Assembly (NCBI GenBank): GCA_034429745.1
Contig: DAOUFY010000123.1
Span: 895-64,894, forward strand
Direction of reading: 5' to 3'
Source of the DNA: Anaerolineales bacterium
Lineage (GTDB): Bacteria > Chloroflexota > Anaerolineae > Anaerolineales > DRKV01
Length of the DNA stretch: 64,000 nt
The notes under the pieces were generated by a model, which worked only from the letters and a program-made list of their open reading frames with translations, was not told the DNA's origin and searched no databases. Positions 62,858 through 64,000 of this stretch are shown here, piece after piece. Made by a program: the position numbers and the translations under genes. How positions within the stretch are numbered: position 1 is the stretch's first letter; each line of letters starts with the position of its first letter.

Positions 62858-64000
62858 CTATTTAGAACTTAACACTGCACGGGCAGCGTCTTGTTTTCGC
62901 TCAAGCAATGTCAAAGTGAACAGAGTCAGCACAAGAACTGCACTCCCTCCTGCCAAACTCCACTGATAAATCCACTCTGGATGTATAGAATATAGCCAGC
63001 CAGCTAACAGCGGAGCTAGCATCATAGCCAAGCCATCTAAACTCTCTACTGCTCCATAGCCAATGCCAAGTCGGTGATCAGGCAGAAATTCCTTAGCCTG
63101 AGATGCCGCAAGCGAACGCGCTGTCCGAAAGCTACCCATGCAAAAATACCCTAGCCCTAACCATAGATAACCTTCTCCTTGCCATAAGCACAAGGAGAAT
63201 ACCAGCATAACCACTTGCGCCGCCAGATAGCCCCACCGCAATGGCAAATGTCCCAATACAAGATTGAAAAATACCACCCCCATTCCCGCAAAGGAGAGGA
63301 ATTGCCCAATCTCACTTAGCTTCATCCCACGCTGATTCTGTAAAAAGTTTGGTGAAAGCGGTTGGGGTAAAAACATAATAAAAAATACAATAAACACAAT
63401 CACTAAATAAAGGGTGAACTGTGGGGAAAACACTTCCCTCATTGACCCTCTCAGAGTTTCTGTTCTCGCTGTATGATTTACCTGCTGTGGTTGGATGAAA
63501 AAGATCACAAGGGTCGAAAGCACAAATAACCCGCAGGCAAAAAATAATACACTCCTTAGCCCCCAGTGTTCTGCAACCATTCCCCCCAGCCATGGACCAA
63601 GTATTCCACCCAAACTGAAAAATGCCGAAATGAGTGTGAATGTTCGCCCCACCGATAGCTTACCCCTCACAGCAGTGATATAGCTATTTAATGGGCTAGA
63701 AACAAAAAAAGTGAAACCGTAAATGACAGCCCCCAGTGAAAAGAAATGTATCTCGGTTGCCACCGCCATCATCAATCCCGAAACCAATCCAAGAATCCAT
63801 GAAGCGCGAATTAAAGGCAGCGGTCCAATCCGATCAGATAAATAACCAGCCGGTATATGAGAAAGCGCCATCGCTGCGCCAACAATACCTAATATACTCC
63901 CAATCGCAATTGGGTCTGCCCCAAGCGCTTGAAGATACAAGGGTCGAAAATCGTAAAACATGCTTTCGCCGACTCCCCAAATAAAAAGCGAAAGCGCAAT
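62858..64000 (-). CDS. MFS transporter; the N-terminus runs off the right window edge
   Basis: Polytopic membrane protein. The frame stays open upstream of the ORF-track Met (IALSLFIWGVGES-MFYDF...) to nt 64000. Confidence 0.75.
   Translation of the reverse strand: MALSLFIWGVGESMFYDFRPLYLQALGADPIAIGSILGIVGAAMALSHIPAGYLSDRIGPLPLIRASWILGLVSGLMMAVATEIHFFSLGAVIYGFTFFVSSPLNSYITAVRGKLSVGRTFTLISAFFSLGGILGPWLGGMVAEHWGLRSVLFFACGLFVLSTLVIFFIQPQQVNHTARTETLRGSMREVFSPQFTLYLVIVFIVFFIMFLPQPLSPNFLQNQRGMKLSEIGQFLSFAGMGVVFFNLVLGHLPLRWGYLAAQVVMLVFSLCLWQGEGYLWLGLGYFCMGSFRTARSLAASQAKEFLPDHRLGIGYGAVESLDGLAMMLAPLLAGWLYSIHPEWIYQWSLAGGSAVLVLTLFTLTLLERKQDAARAVLSSK

Overview
This is a 64-kb, gene-dense bacterial chromosomal window with about 60 genes. 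By eye I found no rRNA, tRNA or CRISPR array. Ribosome-binding sites are AAGGAGG-type. Several operons start behind a recurring extended -10 promoter (TTGTGGTATrATTA / TGgTATAAT). The gene content (isopentenyl phosphate kinase, a WD40 Ser/Thr kinase, a pfa-like megasynthase, yacL-cysS-rlmB synteny) suggests a Chloroflexota-like organism, but that is inference only.

Layout:
- 1-11.9 kb: housekeeping genes (ClpP-fold protease, rhomboid, glmU, CorC/HlyC, cdd, an SPT-like alpha-oxoamine synthase, a MacB-type ABC pair, IPK, PRTase, GNAT), plus a cluster of CCCCTCTCCC/GGGAGAGGGG hairpin repeats at 6.0-6.3 kb.
- 11.9-20.4 kb: an eight-gene phage head/tail module on the minus strand. It has no terminase, integrase or tail-tube genes and sits behind a consensus sigma70 promoter.
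- 20.4-23.9 kb: a three-gene operon whose last gene is a PqqD-like/radical-SAM/SPASM maturase. The middle gene is a ~560-aa membrane protein ending in GGGCACACACACAGCACACAGGGR. I consider this the most novel candidate system in the window.
- 24-35.5 kb: an Rrf2-LysM pair, ugd, two methyltransferases, yacL-like PIN/TRAM, cysS, rlmB, an M50 protease and others.
- 35.5-46.7 kb: a minus-strand catabolic operon in the order fdrA, DUF1116, tandem cyclase, a three-subunit Mo-hydroxylase, CoxG, a mini-ORF and an NCS2 permease.
- 47-49.1 kb: a Ser/Thr kinase with seven WD40 blades.
- 49.6-60.7 kb: a pfa-like secondary-lipid locus. It comprises a 2857-aa KS-ACPx3-AT-KS-KR-DH synthase whose three ACPs carry Thr at the canonical Ser position, an Sfp-type PPTase and a PfaD-like enoyl reductase.
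- 60.8-64 kb: a Zn-ribbon/Pro-rich membrane protein, a secreted SNase-Excalibur nuclease and a partial MFS transporter.

All functional calls rest on motifs I read in the supplied translations. No database search was run.
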